Assembly (NCBI GenBank): GCA_009694375.1
Contig: SHVB01000001.1
Location: 70,366 to 134,365, forward strand
Length of the DNA: 64,000 nt
Origin: Acidimicrobiia bacterium
GTDB lineage: Bacteria > Actinomycetota > Acidimicrobiia > Acidimicrobiales > VFJN01
Direction of reading: 5' to 3'
The position numbers were made by a program, and so were the translations under genes. The notes under the pieces were generated by a model. It was not told where the DNA came from. It made no database searches and was given only the letters and a program-made list of their open reading frames with translations. Of the stretch, positions 1-10,467 are shown one piece after another; position 1 is the stretch's first letter; the number at the start of each line of letters is the position of its first letter.

Positions 1-83
1 GCATCGTGGGGGTCACCCAACTCGGCATCGCGGTCGATGCGAGTTACGCCAACAGCAGCAACAACATCATCGCCTCCAACTAG
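1..83 (+). CDS. 3' end of an unidentified CDS (partial, runs off the window start)
   Basis: The frame is open from the window edge to TAG at 81-83 (..IVGVTQLGIAVDASYANSSNNIIASN*). Almost every codon ends in G/C, as in the confirmed genes. 26 aa is too short to name a family. Confidence 0.3.
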   Translation, partial: IVGVTQLGIAVDASYANSSNNIIASN

Positions 84-95
84 CGGCGGCGCTGC

Positions 96-992
96 CTAGA
101 CGTCAAGGAAGCGGCTCACGGCCACGGCCGAGCCGATGGCGCCGATGAGCACCGCCACCGCCACCACTAAGAGGTTCGTGAAAAGCAGGTTGGCGTCGGT
201 CACGACGAAACCCTGAAAAATGGGCAGCACCCTGTCTTGCGAAAGCTCGTCGATGAACGGACGGATGACGAAGGTCATCGCCAGCACAGCAACCCCAGCA
301 CCGATCAGCGTCTGAATGATTCCCTCCACGATGAAGGGCACCCGGATGAACCAGTTCGTGGCCCCCACGAGCTTCATCACCTCGATCTCGCGGCGGCGAG
401 CAAACATCGCCACCCGAATCGTGTTCAGAATGAGTAACAGCGCGGCCAGTAGCAGCAGGGCCGACGCCACCAAGAAGCGCACCCCGATCTTGTTGAACGT
501 CTCCTGGATGCGCTTCACAACCTCGAAGGCAAAGATCACGTCGTACACACCGGCTTTTTGCCGATAGACATCGCCGATGGCCTGCACCACATCAGGGTCC
601 TGAGTCTTAGGAGCAACCCGGAACGATGGAGGGAGGATCTCGGCCGTAATGGACTCGAGGAGTTGCCGGGAGTCTTTGAACAGGCGCCGGAATTCCACCA
701 GCGTCTCGTCCTTGTTCACAAAGTCGGCCCGCTCCACATCCGGGTTTTCTCGCAGAGACTTACCGATAGAGTCGATGACCTCTTGGGAGGCATCCGGCTG
801 CAGGTACACGATGAACTCGATGCCGCCCTTGAAGCGATCGTTGGCGTTATTGACGCCCTGGTTGAGCATGAAGGCCGACCCAAACAACGTGAGAGAAACC
901 ACCACCGTAAGGACCGAGGCCAAGGTGAGGGTGATGTTGCGGGTGAGGTTGGCCGCCGTTTCACGAACGACGTAGTCGACTTTGATGGCCAT
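96..992 (-). CDS. ftsX: cell division permease FtsX
   Basis: 298 aa with N-terminal TM, a large extracytoplasmic loop and 3 C-terminal TM helices. It lies directly downstream of ftsE (15-bp gap), the canonical prfB-ftsE-ftsX order. Confidence 0.9.
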   Translation of the reverse strand: MAIKVDYVVRETAANLTRNITLTLASVLTVVVSLTLFGSAFMLNQGVNNANDRFKGGIEFIVYLQPDASQEVIDSIGKSLRENPDVERADFVNKDETLVEFRRLFKDSRQLLESITAEILPPSFRVAPKTQDPDVVQAIGDVYRQKAGVYDVIFAFEVVKRIQETFNKIGVRFLVASALLLLAALLLILNTIRVAMFARRREIEVMKLVGATNWFIRVPFIVEGIIQTLIGAGVAVLAMTFVIRPFIDELSQDRVLPIFQGFVVTDANLLFTNLLVVAVAVLIGAIGSAVAVSRFLDV

Positions 993-1006
993 GGTTCAGG
1001 AGGCGG

Positions 1007-1684
1007 TCATTCGTAGACACCGCGGCTCTGGTCGCGAATAATCGAACCGCGATCAAGTTCGATCACCCGGCGGCGCATCGTGTCCACGATGGAGCGGTCG
1101 TGGGTGGCCATCAACACGGTGGTACCCGTGCGATTGATGCGGTCGAGCAGCCGCATGATGCCGACCGACGTGGCCGGATCGAGGTTCCCGGTGGGTTCAT
1201 CGGCCAACAGGATGAGAGGACGGTTCACGAAGGCACGAGCAATCGATACTCGTTGCTGCTCCCCTCCGGACAACTCGTTGGGGAAGTTCCCCATCTTCTT
1301 GCCGAGGCCCACGAGTTCCAAAATGGCGGGGACCTGTGTTTTCACCACATGGCGAGGCCGCCCGATGACCTCCAGGGCGAAGGCCACGTTCTCATAGACC
1401 GTCTTGTTGGTGAGGAGTTTGAAGTCCTGAAAGACCGATCCGATATTGCGGCGTAGGTAAGGAATCTTCCAGGCCGACAACGCCGCAATGTCTTTGCCCG
1501 CCACGTAGATCCGCCCCTGTTCAGGCGACTCCTCCTTGTTGACCAGACGCAGAAACGTGGACTTACCCGATCCCGATGCCCCCACCAGGAAGACGAACTC
1601 GCCCTTCTCCACCTCCACCGAGGCGTCCTGAAGGGCCGCAACGTCGCCTTTATAGATTTTCGAGACGTTTTCGAGCTTGATCAT
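1007..1684 (-). CDS. ftsE: cell division ATP-binding protein FtsE
   Basis: [13 protein letters not shown].., Walker [13 protein letters not shown] signature LSGGEQQRV and Walker [11 protein letters not shown] chose the ATG at 1684 because the 42-codon extension in the track ORF overlaps prfB and is not ABC-like. Confidence 0.92.
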   Translation of the reverse strand: MIKLENVSKIYKGDVAALQDASVEVEKGEFVFLVGASGSGKSTFLRLVNKEESPEQGRIYVAGKDIAALSAWKIPYLRRNIGSVFQDFKLLTNKTVYENVAFALEVIGRPRHVVKTQVPAILELVGLGKKMGNFPNELSGGEQQRVSIARAFVNRPLILLADEPTGNLDPATSVGIMRLLDRINRTGTTVLMATHDRSIVDTMRRRVIELDRGSIIRDQSRGVYE

Positions 1685-1736
1685 GGGGCGAAGGCAAGAA
1701 TAACAGCGCACCACCGGGCGCTCGCGCCACCCCCGG

Positions 1737-2840
1737 TCACGCGTTGGCCCGGCGCCACTGCAGATAGGCCTCCATGAACGGGTCCAGATCTCCGTCAAGC
1801 ACACCACCAACGTTGCCAGCCTCGTGGTCGGTGCGCAGATCCTTCACCATCTGGTAGGGCTGGAGCACGTAGCTACGGATCTGGCTGCCAAAGCCCACGC
1901 GCCGCTGCTCACCGCGAATACCGTTGAGTTCGTCTTCCCGGGCCTGTCGCTCCCGATCAGCCAACCGGACCTTGAGCATGGTCATCGCCTTCGCTCGGTT
2001 TTGCAACTGCGAGCGCTCGATCTGGCACGACACGATGATTCCACTCGGCCCATGGGTTAGGCGCACCGCCGAGGAGGTCTTGTTGATGTGCTGCCCCCCG
2101 GCGCCCGAGGCCCGGAACACATCCATCTTGATGTCGGACTCGTCGAGCGTTACGTGGACCTCGTCGTCGTGGAGCACAGGAACCACATCGAGGGCGGCAA
2201 AGGCCGTCTGGCGCTTTCCCTGGGCGTTGAAGGGGCTCATCCGCACCAGTCGATGCACCCCCCGCTCAGCCTGCAGGTACCCGTAGGCATACCGGCCCTT
2301 CACCAAGAACTCCACCGACGAGACGCCCGCCTCGGAACCGGGGGTAGACCCCTCCTCCTCCACCTCGAACCCCCGCCGCTCCGCCCAGCGCACGTACATG
2401 CGGTAGAGCATCTCCGCCCAATCCTGGGCATCGGCACCGCCCTCCCCGGCCTGAACCGTACAGAGCGCATCGCGCTCGTCGTGATCGCCCGAGAACATCG
2501 AACGCAACTCCAGCGCTCGCAGTTCGGTATCGAGGCCCGCCACGATTTCCTCGATCTCGCCCTCTTGGCTGGCGTCGTCCACCTCGCGAGCCAAAACATG
2601 GAGCGTCTCGGCGTCTTCTAGCGATGCCAGCATCCGCTCGTAGAGCTCGATGTCGCCCAACACGACACTCAGTTCGCCGGTCACCCGTTTGGCTTCGTCA
2701 GCGTCGTCCCAGAGATCTGGACGCGAAGCCTCCGTCTCCAGTAATGGTCGTCGCGCCCGCAACTGATCGACCTTCAGGTAGACGGCCGCATCCCCCACCC
2801 TCTTGCGCATCTCAACTAGCGCGTCGGAGAAATCCCGCAT
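1737..2840 (-). CDS. prfB: peptide chain release factor 2
   Basis: 367 aa with the SPF tripeptide (RMSPFNAQG) and GGQ motif ([11 protein letters not shown]). It is a single uninterrupted frame. Confidence 0.95.
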   Translation of the reverse strand: MRDFSDALVEMRKRVGDAAVYLKVDQLRARRPLLETEASRPDLWDDADEAKRVTGELSVVLGDIELYERMLASLEDAETLHVLAREVDDASQEGEIEEIVAGLDTELRALELRSMFSGDHDERDALCTVQAGEGGADAQDWAEMLYRMYVRWAERRGFEVEEEGSTPGSEAGVSSVEFLVKGRYAYGYLQAERGVHRLVRMSPFNAQGKRQTAFAALDVVPVLHDDEVHVTLDESDIKMDVFRASGAGGQHINKTSSAVRLTHGPSGIIVSCQIERSQLQNRAKAMTMLKVRLADRERQAREDELNGIRGEQRRVGFGSQIRSYVLQPYQMVKDLRTDHEAGNVGGVLDGDLDPFMEAYLQWRRANA

Positions 2841-2849
2841 CGCTTCCGT

Positions 2850-5606
2850 TCACGCCCTGCCGTGGCACATCTTGAACTTCCGACCACTGCCACACGGACA
2901 CGGCGCGTTGCGGGGAGTCTTATCCCAATCAGATTTCACCACCGGGCGCAGGGCGGCAGGCTGATCGCCCGGGGCGGTTTCGGCCATGGCACCTCCCGCG
3001 CCACCCTCCTCGGGAGCGGAGTACTGCAGGTTCTGCACCCGTGGTTCCTCGCCGCCGACCGACAAGGCCGACTCCTCGGTGTCGCTGCTCGTCGGGGAAA
3101 AGTCGGTGCCGATAGCCGGAGCGGCCTGCGCCTGATCCACGGTGACCTGCACGTGCATCACGTAGCGCACGAGGTCCTGGGCCACGCCCTTCATCATCAT
3201 GCCGAACATGTCGTAGCCCTCACGCTGCCACTCGGTGAGTGGATCGCGTTGGCCCATCGCCCGCAGGTTGATGCCCTCCTGGAGGTAGTCCATCTCGAAG
3301 AGGTGTTCGCGCCACTTCGTATCGATGATCTTGAGCATCACCTGGCGCTCCACCTGCCGCATGATCTCGGCGCCGAGTTCCGCCTCCCGGGCTTCGTAGA
3401 AACCGAGGGCATCGTGGGAGAGCAACGTTCGCAGGTCTTCCACGCGTTCGATGGCCGCCAGTTCCTCCACCAACAACAACGAGGGCCAGTAGGTAAGCAA
3501 CTCCGCGTGGAGACCCGCCAGATCCCACTCCTCGTGATAGTCCGACACGCAGTAGGTGCCCACCAACGCTTCGATGGCCTCGGGGAGATGCTCGGTGGTG
3601 ATCTTGTCTCGAAGATCGGCCTCATCGAGGACCTGATCGCGTAGCGCATAGATCACCTTGCGCTGCTGGTTCATCACCTCGTCGTACTTGAGAACGTTTT
3701 TCCGGATCTCGCCGTTCTTTTGTTCCACGGTGGTCTGAGCCCGCTCGATGGCCTTCGATACCATCTTCGCTTCCAAGGGCACGTCGTCGGGTAGGGCCTT
3801 GCCCATCACCCAGTTGATGGCACCGGTGGCGAACAAGCGCATGAGGTCGTCTTCGAGTGAGATGTAGAAGCGACTCTCGCCGGGATCCCCCTGGCGGCCG
3901 GCCCGGCCCCGGAGCTGGTTGTCGATGCGACGAGATTCGTGGCGCTCGGTGCCCAGCACGTAGAGGCCACCAAGAGCCCGCACCCGATCACCCTCAGCCT
4001 TGGTCTCATCCATGTGTTTAACTTCCAACTCCTTGAGCCGGATGTGGCCTTCCTTGCTCAGGGGATCAATCTCTTCGAGGCGAAGCTCACGGGTAGCCAT
4101 AATCTCCGGGTTCCCGCCCAGCACAATGTCCACGCCACGACCAGCCATATTGGTGGCCACCGTGACGGCCTGGAGGCGCCCGGCCTGGGCCACGATCTCG
4201 GCTTCTCGCGTGTGCTGTTTGGCGTTGAGCACCTCATGGGAAATACCGCGCTTTTCCAACATCCGCGAGAGCTTCTCGGACTTCTCCACCGAAATCGTGC
4301 CCACCAGGACGGGTTGGCCCGCCTCGTAACGCTCGGCGATATCGTCGACCACGGCGCCAAACTTGCCGTCTTCGCTCTTGTAGATCAGGTCACCCTCATC
4401 GGCCCGGGCGGCCGCCCGGTTGGTGGGGATGGGCACCACCTGTAGGTCGTAGGTGACGGCGAACTCGGCCGCTTCGGTGGCGGCGGTTCCGGTCATGCCC
4501 GAGAGTTTCTCGTACATGCGGAAGTAGTTCTGGAGGGTGATGGTGGCGAGGGTTTGGTTCTCCTCTTTGATCTTCACACCCTCCTTGGCCTCCACGGCTT
4601 GGTGGAGCCCTTCAGACCAGCGCCGGCCTTCGAGGATGCGGCCAGTGAACTCGTCGACGATCTTCACCTCGCCAGCCTGGATGATGTAGTCCTTGTCGCG
4701 TTTGAACAGTTCCTTGGCCCGCAAGGCGGCTTGGAGTTGGTGCACCAGGTTTTGCGCCACGCCGTCGTAGAGGTTGCCGATGCCCAGCAACTCCTCCACC
4801 TTCTCGATACCCGGTTCGGTGGGCGACACCGTGCGCTTCTGCTCGTCTACCTCGTAGTCCTCCTCGGGTCGGAGACTGCGGACAATGGTGGCGAACTTGT
4901 AATACAACTGGGCGGCGTCGGCCACGCGCCCCGAGATAATCAGAGGCGTGCGGGCTTCGTCGATGAGGATGGAATCAACTTCATCCACGATGGCGTAGCG
5001 AAAGCCCCGCTGCGTTTGGCGAGCACGCGACAGCGCCATGTTGTCCCGGAGGTAGTCGAAGCCAAACTCATTGTTGGTGCCGTAGGTGATGTCGGCGGCG
5101 TACTGCGCTCGTTTGTACTCGGGATCGCTCTCGCCGGGGATGATGAGACCCACTTCGAGGCCGAGCCATCGGTGCAGACGGCCCATCCATTCAGAGTCGC
5201 GGCGGGCGAGATACTCATTCACCGTGATGAGGTGGGTGCCCTGGCCTCCCAACCCATTGAGGTACGCCGGGAGGGTGGACACCAAGGTCTTGCCCTCTCC
5301 CGTCTTCATTTCGGCGATCCACCCGAAGTGCAAGGCCGCTCCCCCGATCAACTGCACGTCGTAATGGCGCTGCCCCAGCACGCGACGGCCCGCCTCGCGT
5401 ACCACCGCGAAAGCCTCGAGCAGGATGTCATCGAGGTCTTCGCCCGCCGCCAGGCGACCACGAAACTCGGGGGTCTTCGCCCGCAAGGCGGCGTCGTCGA
5501 GTGCCTCCATCTCGGCCTCATAGGCCCCAATATCGGGCACAAGGGCCTGGAGAGCCTTGAGCTTCTTACCCTCTCCCGAACGGAGGATCTTGTCGAAGAT
5601 AGTCAT
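2850..5606 (-). CDS. secA: preprotein translocase ATPase SecA
   Basis: 918 aa with MTIFDKILRSGEGKKLK.. at the N-terminus, DEAD-like motor motifs (MKTGEGKTL, DEVDSILIDEARTPLIISG) and a C-terminal zinc-binding tail CPCGSGRKFKMCHG. Confidence 0.97.
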   Translation of the reverse strand: MTIFDKILRSGEGKKLKALQALVPDIGAYEAEMEALDDAALRAKTPEFRGRLAAGEDLDDILLEAFAVVREAGRRVLGQRHYDVQLIGGAALHFGWIAEMKTGEGKTLVSTLPAYLNGLGGQGTHLITVNEYLARRDSEWMGRLHRWLGLEVGLIIPGESDPEYKRAQYAADITYGTNNEFGFDYLRDNMALSRARQTQRGFRYAIVDEVDSILIDEARTPLIISGRVADAAQLYYKFATIVRSLRPEEDYEVDEQKRTVSPTEPGIEKVEELLGIGNLYDGVAQNLVHQLQAALRAKELFKRDKDYIIQAGEVKIVDEFTGRILEGRRWSEGLHQAVEAKEGVKIKEENQTLATITLQNYFRMYEKLSGMTGTAATEAAEFAVTYDLQVVPIPTNRAAARADEGDLIYKSEDGKFGAVVDDIAERYEAGQPVLVGTISVEKSEKLSRMLEKRGISHEVLNAKQHTREAEIVAQAGRLQAVTVATNMAGRGVDIVLGGNPEIMATRELRLEEIDPLSKEGHIRLKELEVKHMDETKAEGDRVRALGGLYVLGTERHESRRIDNQLRGRAGRQGDPGESRFYISLEDDLMRLFATGAINWVMGKALPDDVPLEAKMVSKAIERAQTTVEQKNGEIRKNVLKYDEVMNQQRKVIYALRDQVLDEADLRDKITTEHLPEAIEALVGTYCVSDYHEEWDLAGLHAELLTYWPSLLLVEELAAIERVEDLRTLLSHDALGFYEAREAELGAEIMRQVERQVMLKIIDTKWREHLFEMDYLQEGINLRAMGQRDPLTEWQREGYDMFGMMMKGVAQDLVRYVMHVQVTVDQAQAAPAIGTDFSPTSSDTEESALSVGGEEPRVQNLQYSAPEEGGAGGAMAETAPGDQPAALRPVVKSDWDKTPRNAPCPCGSGRKFKMCHGRA

Positions 5607-5695
5607 GAGGACCCGACTCTACGACGCGTGGCGGCGCGAGCGGATGTCGAGCCGGGTGCCGCCGCCGCCGAGACCGCCAGACAGAGGCCGGGACG

Positions 5696-6049
5696 CTAGT
5701 GGTCGGCCTCGGCGGCCCCGGCGGTGGGAACCGGGCGGGAGTTGTGGGTGCGCTGCACTTGCTTGGTCTTGATCTTGTGCAGTTGATTCTCGAGTTTCTC
5801 CACGGCGAGATCCACCGCCGCGAATGCATCAGTGGCGGCCACCCGACAGCGGACGTGATGGCCACCCCCGTGCATGTCCACCTCGCACACCTCCTTGTCG
5901 GGGATGCGGGGGTTTCGCTCCTCGGAGAAATGCACCTCGGCGCGGTCCATGCCCCCCAGAAAACGGCCGAGGCGACCGATCTTGTCGGTCGCCACTTCCC
6001 GAAGGGCCGGTGAAATGTCCATGTGATGGGCGCTCACGGTGATTTCCAA
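5696..6049 (-). CDS. hpf: ribosome hibernation promoting factor (short form, S30AE/RaiA family)
   Basis: 117 aa, MEITVSAHHMDISPALREVATDKIGRL.., the typical sigma54-modulation/S30AE fold sequence. It sits upstream of secA as in many actinobacteria. Confidence 0.85.
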   Translation of the reverse strand: MEITVSAHHMDISPALREVATDKIGRLGRFLGGMDRAEVHFSEERNPRIPDKEVCEVDMHGGGHHVRCRVAATDAFAAVDLAVEKLENQLHKIKTKQVQRTHNSRPVPTAGAAEADH

Positions 6050-6100
6050 GGGCAGGCCTCCCGGTATCTCGCGGAACCGCCGACCGTAGCGCGCGCAGGC

Positions 6101-6604
6101 TCATCGCGCTCGCGCCACCACCAGGCCGTGCACCTCGCCGCAGCCCGCAGCTCGCAGCACCCGAGCCGCCGCCACCAACGTGGCGCCGGTGGTGGCCACA
6201 TCGTCGATCAGCAACACACACGACGGCATCGAGCCCGTCGCCCGAAAGCCCGGATTCCGTCGCCGATCGCTCCGAGATTGACCCGCTTGGGGGGGCCCCG
6301 GGAGCCGACGGAGGAGCGGTTGGCACCGCAGCGAGCGGCGGCGGGCCACCGCTCGAGCCAGCAGTTCTGCCTGGTCGAATCCGCGTTGCCGCCGACGAGC
6401 GGCCCCAGTAGGGGCCCAGGTGACGGTGAAGGAACCTCCCGGGGGCACCAGGAGCGCGAGCCGGTTGGCCATCTCGGTGATCAAACCACGATGACCGCGA
6501 TTCTTGAGCGCGGTGATGAGAACCCGGGCCTCATCGTCATAGGCCATGAGCGCCCGGCAGGAATCCAGGCCGAGGGGGACAACCAGCGACGGCGGCGGCT
6601 GCAT
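6101..6604 (-). CDS. comF: ComF-family phosphoribosyltransferase-like protein (lacks the N-terminal zinc-ribbon)
   Basis: 167 aa with PRTase motif VLLIDDVATTGATL and a ComF-type core (AKNRGHRGL.., QAGQSRSDRRRN). An in-frame TAG at 6614-6616 sits 3 codons upstream of the ATG, so no Zn-finger can be encoded. Confidence 0.75.
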   Translation of the reverse strand: MQPPPSLVVPLGLDSCRALMAYDDEARVLITALKNRGHRGLITEMANRLALLVPPGGSFTVTWAPTGAARRRQRGFDQAELLARAVARRRSLRCQPLLRRLPGPPQAGQSRSDRRRNPGFRATGSMPSCVLLIDDVATTGATLVAAARVLRAAGCGEVHGLVVARAR

Positions 6605-6726
6605 GGGGGCACCCTAGGCAGCGGGTGCGACAACCCCGGGGGGCCTGAAGCGGACGCATCCGTCCCTTTGCGCAGATCGGGAGGGAAGATGAACCCGGGC
6701 CACCCGCCCCGCTGCAAGGAGAAGCC

Positions 6727-7470
6727 ATGGCCACCCCGTCTGAACCCAACCGTCGCCGCCCCCTCATCGCCGTTGGCTTGCTCGCCGTGCTCGCCGTCGG
6801 TGTGGTGGGAGTGCTCATCCTCACCGACGACGATGTCGACGACGGCGCCACCGCCGGCCCCACCACCAGCACAACCCTGGCCACCACCACCAGCACCGAG
6901 CCGACCTTCGACCCGACCGTGGACCCATCCGTGCCGATCTTCCCGGACCCGGGATCCTCCCAGCGCTTCGACGACCCCGTAGCTCTCGTCGCCGCCTTCG
7001 CCATCTTTCATCTCGGCTTCTCCTCACCGGTAGTGGACTCCTTCGTCCCTGAACCCGAGAACCCCAACGACGGTGACGTGGCCGTGCGCTCCTTGGCCGA
7101 AGGTGCCCCCACCCAGGTGCAAGTTCGCCGTCTCACCGACGACACCTGGTTCGTGGTGGCCGCCCGAACCGACTCCATCCAACTCACCACCCCCACCGTT
7201 GGCGCCACCATCGCCACGCCCCAGATTCTGGTTGGGATGGCCTACGCCCCCGAGGGCACGGTGGAGGTATCGCTCTACGCCGATGGCGAAAGCGAACCCA
7301 TCGGCACGACGGTGGTCACCGGGCGCGGCGACGGGGTGCTCGGCTCCTTCCAGGGCCAAATCACCTTCACCATGCCCAGCGGAGTCCGGTACGGCTATCT
7401 CTTACTCATCAGCACCGGTGGTGAATCCGGGGGCACCGTGGCCGCGCAGGCGGTGCGGGTCGGCTTCTAA
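6727..7470 (+). CDS. membrane-anchored secreted protein with C-terminal Gmad2-like Ig domain
   Basis: 247 aa with N-terminal RRR + TM (LIAVGLLAVLAVGVVGVLIL) and a Thr/Pro linker. The C-terminal segment GTVEVSLYADGESEPIGTTVVTGRGDGVLGSFQGQITF resembles Gmad2 immunoglobulin-like domains. Confidence 0.6.
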   Translation: MATPSEPNRRRPLIAVGLLAVLAVGVVGVLILTDDDVDDGATAGPTTSTTLATTTSTEPTFDPTVDPSVPIFPDPGSSQRFDDPVALVAAFAIFHLGFSSPVVDSFVPEPENPNDGDVAVRSLAEGAPTQVQVRRLTDDTWFVVAARTDSIQLTTPTVGATIATPQILVGMAYAPEGTVEVSLYADGESEPIGTTVVTGRGDGVLGSFQGQITFTMPSGVRYGYLLLISTGGESGGTVAAQAVRVGF

Positions 7471-7528
7471 CCGGCCCGCCACCTCGATACCCCCACCCGC
7501 TCGCCCGGACGACGCGTTGGGTCGCGTG

Positions 7529-7546
7529 GGCCAGAGGTAACTGGCC
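7529..7546. terminator. short hairpin between convergent genes (possible bidirectional terminator)
   Basis: GGCCAG-aggtaa-CTGGCC is a perfect 6-bp stem in the 127-bp gap between the 6727 gene and ahcY. No U-tract follows, so the support is weak. Confidence 0.2.
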
Positions 7547-7597
7547 GACCGCAGGTTCCCGACGCGCCACCCGGGGATGGAGCGGAAATCGAACCCG

Positions 7598-9043
7598 CTA
7601 GTAGCGGTAGTTGTCGTGCTTGTACGGGCCCGACTCGGGAATGCCGAGGTAGTCAGCCTGCTCCGGAGTCAGCGTGCTGAGCTTCACCCCGAGGGCATCA
7701 AGGTGCAGCCGAGCCACCCGCTCATCGAGAAGCTTCGGGAGCACATACACGCCGAGGGGATAGGCCTCCGTCTTGGTGAACAACTCGATCTGCGCCAGTA
7801 CCTGGTTGGTGAAACTCATCGACATCACGAAACTGGGATGTCCCGTGGCGTTCCCCAAGTTCAGCAGGCGACCCTCCGAGAGCATGATGATCGAGTGCCC
7901 GTCGGGGAACACAAACTCGTGCACCTGCGGCTTGATCTCGACCTTGCGGACATCACTCTGACGAGCCAATCCAGCGATGTCGATCTCGTTGTCGAAGTGC
8001 CCGATGTTCCCGACGATGGCGTTGTGCTTCATGTTGGCCATGTGCTCGGCAGTGATGATGCCCTTATTGCCGGTGGTGGTGATGAAGATGTCGGCGGTGC
8101 CCAGCACCGCCTCGAGGGTGTTGACCTCAAAGCCCTCCATCACGGCCTGCAGCGCGCAGATCGGGTCGATCTCGGTCACGACCACCCGTGCGCCCTGCCC
8201 CCGCAGCGACTGGGCGCTTCCCTTGCCGACCTCGCCGTAGCCACAGACCACCGCCACCTTGCCGCCGAGCATCACATCCACGGCACGATTGATGCCGTCG
8301 ATGAGGCTGTGGCGACAGCCGTAGAGGTTGTCGAACTTCGACTTGGTAACCGAGTCGTTCACGTTGATGGCCGGGAAGAGCAACTGATCGGCTTCGAACA
8401 TCTGGTAGAGCCGATGCACCCCCGTGGTCGTCTCCTCGGTGACACCCTTGATCTGACTGGCGATGGTGGTCCACCGATTCGGGTCCTCGGCGAGGGATCG
8501 CTTCAGGGTGTCCACGATGACGCCCCACTCCTCGGGATCATCTTCAGTGGCATCGGGAACTACCCCGGCCTTTTCGAACTCCACCCCCTTGTGCACCAGC
8601 AGAGTGGCATCGCCGCCGTCGTCGAGGATCATGTTGGGACCACCGCCATCAGGCCAGGCCAACACCTGCTCCGTGCACCACCAGTACTCCTCGAGTGTCT
8701 CGCCCTTCCACGCGAACACCGGCACCCCCTGAGGATTATCCGCCGTGCCCTCGGGACCCACGGCCACCGCCGCGGCGGCGTGGTCCTGGGTGGAGAAGAT
8801 GTTGCAACTGACCCAGCGAACCTGTGCACCGAGGGCGGTAAGCGTCTCGATGAGCACGGCCGTTTGGATCGTCATGTGGAGCGACCCGGTGATGCGAGCG
8901 CCCCGGAGAGGCTTGCTATCGGTGAACTCCGCTCGCAGGGCCATGAGGCCAGGCATCTCAACCTCGGCGAGATCCATCTCCTTGCGACCCCAGGGGGCCA
9001 GAGAGAGATCGGCAACCTTAAAATCCTGATCAGGGTGGGACAT
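7598..9043 (-). CDS. ahcY: adenosylhomocysteinase
   Basis: [37 protein letters not shown].., NAD-binding GYGEVGKG, and C-terminal ..[11 protein letters not shown] chose the ATG at 9043 because AGGAGG lies 6-11 nt upstream. Confidence 0.96.
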   Translation of the reverse strand: MSHPDQDFKVADLSLAPWGRKEMDLAEVEMPGLMALRAEFTDSKPLRGARITGSLHMTIQTAVLIETLTALGAQVRWVSCNIFSTQDHAAAAVAVGPEGTADNPQGVPVFAWKGETLEEYWWCTEQVLAWPDGGGPNMILDDGGDATLLVHKGVEFEKAGVVPDATEDDPEEWGVIVDTLKRSLAEDPNRWTTIASQIKGVTEETTTGVHRLYQMFEADQLLFPAINVNDSVTKSKFDNLYGCRHSLIDGINRAVDVMLGGKVAVVCGYGEVGKGSAQSLRGQGARVVVTEIDPICALQAVMEGFEVNTLEAVLGTADIFITTTGNKGIITAEHMANMKHNAIVGNIGHFDNEIDIAGLARQSDVRKVEIKPQVHEFVFPDGHSIIMLSEGRLLNLGNATGHPSFVMSMSFTNQVLAQIELFTKTEAYPLGVYVLPKLLDERVARLHLDALGVKLSTLTPEQADYLGIPESGPYKHDNYRY

Positions 9044-9157
9044 TGGTTCCTCCTGCGGGGGCGCCAAGAGCGCGCCGCGTAGTTGTGGTTATGCGATGAG
9101 GGGCTGGCTGCCAACAAGCAGCACCCTGATCAGCCCGACCGAACACAATAGTAGCGA

Positions 9158-10189
9158 TCAGGGGGCAAGTGCCGCTTTCAGGTCCACCAGCACCGGGATG
9201 GGGCCCGGATCTACCCCGGCGGTGGCGGCCATATGCAGGCTGACAAAGTCGGCTTGGATGATGAGATCGAACAACTGGGCCAGTGCCCCCTCCCCCCGTG
9301 CGTTGATGTCTACGACGGCGTGCACGACCTCATCGATGATGTCGAAGGTGAGGTCGAAGCGACGGGCCACCTGCGGGTGCTCGAAATCGTGGCGGAACCG
9401 CACGACCGTCATGATCTGACGGGTGACATCACCGTGCTGACCCCACCCGCAAATCTCGTTGTGGCACATCTCTGGAAGACCGGCGGCAAACGCCGGGGCC
9501 TTGGCGTTCTCGTTCACCTGGCACTTGAAGCGATAGGCCGCCACGGCCCCCAGCGCATCGCCGCCGTAGGCCACCGGGATGGTGCGGCCGATCTCACGGG
9601 CGAGCTGCTGCGCCGGGCCCCCATCGGTAATCAGCTCGTCGCGGCGGCGAACAAGTTGGGTGACGGCATCGGCAACCTGCTGCGTGGCCCCCGGGAACAA
9701 CCCCATCCGTTCCAAGACAACCAGCGGCGGGATGCTCACCGCCCCAATCCCGGCGCGGGGCATGGGGATGTCGGGCAAGGCAATGGCGGGCGCACCCCAT
9801 TCGGCGGCGAGGGCGGCCAGAGGACCGCCGTGGGATAGCACCACCATGCGGGCACCAGCCTCGGCGGCGGCACGAGCCGCAGTGAGGGTTTCCTCGGTGG
9901 CCCCCGAGTAGGAAATGGCGAAGCACAACGTGCCCGGCCCCACGAACGCCGGGATCTCATGGCCCTTGACCACCGTGACGGGCACGGACAGGAACGGGCC
10001 CGCGATGGCTCTGAGCACATCCCCAGCGATACCACTGCCCCCCATGCCAAGCACCACCACGTTCTGAATTGTTTGGCAGCCCGGGAGACCAGTGACCTCC
10101 ACCGCCAACTCGGCGGCCTCGGCCACCTGATCTGGTAGCGCCGCCGCCAAGTCGAACATGCCGACGGAATCGAGAAGATCGCCGGTCAT
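9158..10189 (-). CDS. bifunctional phosphoglucose/phosphomannose isomerase (SIS domain)
   Basis: 343 aa with SIS motif VVVLGMGGSGIAGDV and a second SIS half. It lies in the mannose-activation neighbourhood next to phosphomannomutase. Confidence 0.8.
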   Translation of the reverse strand: MTGDLLDSVGMFDLAAALPDQVAEAAELAVEVTGLPGCQTIQNVVVLGMGGSGIAGDVLRAIAGPFLSVPVTVVKGHEIPAFVGPGTLCFAISYSGATEETLTAARAAAEAGARMVVLSHGGPLAALAAEWGAPAIALPDIPMPRAGIGAVSIPPLVVLERMGLFPGATQQVADAVTQLVRRRDELITDGGPAQQLAREIGRTIPVAYGGDALGAVAAYRFKCQVNENAKAPAFAAGLPEMCHNEICGWGQHGDVTRQIMTVVRFRHDFEHPQVARRFDLTFDIIDEVVHAVVDINARGEGALAQLFDLIIQADFVSLHMAATAGVDPGPIPVLVDLKAALAP

Positions 10190-10195
10190 CAGGGC

Positions 10196-10432
10196 CTACA
10201 CCTCGAAGGTGGGCCGGATGTTTTGGGCCTCCGCTTTGGCGAGGAGCCGATCGTGCTCGGCCTCGACCACCGTCTCCGCTTCGTCCACCAACATGATGGG
10301 GATGTCGTCTTTGATGGCGTACCTCCGCTGAAGCCGAGGGTTGTAGAGGGAGTCCTCGTCGGTGAAATAGAGCAACGGGCCCTTGTCGTCGGGGCAGGCG
10401 AGGATCTCGAGTAGTTGGGGGTCGAGGGCCAT
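10196..10432 (-). CDS. Trm112-family small protein
   Basis: 78 aa, LLEILACPDDKGPL...YAIKDDIPIMLVDEA, the typical Trm112p/UPF0434 signature. Confidence 0.8.
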   Translation of the reverse strand: MALDPQLLEILACPDDKGPLLYFTDEDSLYNPRLQRRYAIKDDIPIMLVDEAETVVEAEHDRLLAKAEAQNIRPTFEV

Positions 10433-10467
10433 GATGGATCTCCTTGGATGGGGCTAGGCGGGGTCGG

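Noticed and set aside
1737-2840. Programmed +1 frameshift site expected in many prfB genes
   Set aside because: The RF2 frame is continuous from ATG to stop, with no early in-frame UGA. The gene simply lacks the autoregulatory frameshift, as in many bacteria, so this is not noteworthy.
7575-7600. tRNA-like T-arm on the minus strand (GCGGG-TTCGATT-TCCGC) just after the ahcY stop
   Set aside because: It overlaps the ahcY stop codon. I could not fold a matching acceptor stem, anticodon arm or D-arm from the flanking sequence, and no CCA-proximal pairing exists. It is most likely a chance match.
7577-9082. 501-aa ORF on the + strand, plus similar long ORFs at 4554-5699(+), 37392-38693(+), 56883-58382(-), 22395-23066(+) and 6023-6982(+)
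   Set aside because: Each lies antisense to, or out of frame with, a gene whose product has unmistakable family motifs (ahcY, secA, ugd, mutB, the large GT2, comF). Their translations are Arg/Gly/Pro/His-rich low-complexity strings, the typical stop-codon-poor shadow frames of high-GC DNA.
9044-9157. Possible SAH riboswitch or structured leader upstream of ahcY
   Set aside because: Stem-loops exist (GGGCTG..CTGC-ttgttg-GCAG-c-CAGCCC and GGCGC-gctcttg-GCGCC). However, the conserved SAH-riboswitch strings as I remember them (AGGAGCGCUGC ... AACGGCGCUC pairing) are absent. The first hairpin is more simply a terminator-like element after the upstream isomerase gene.
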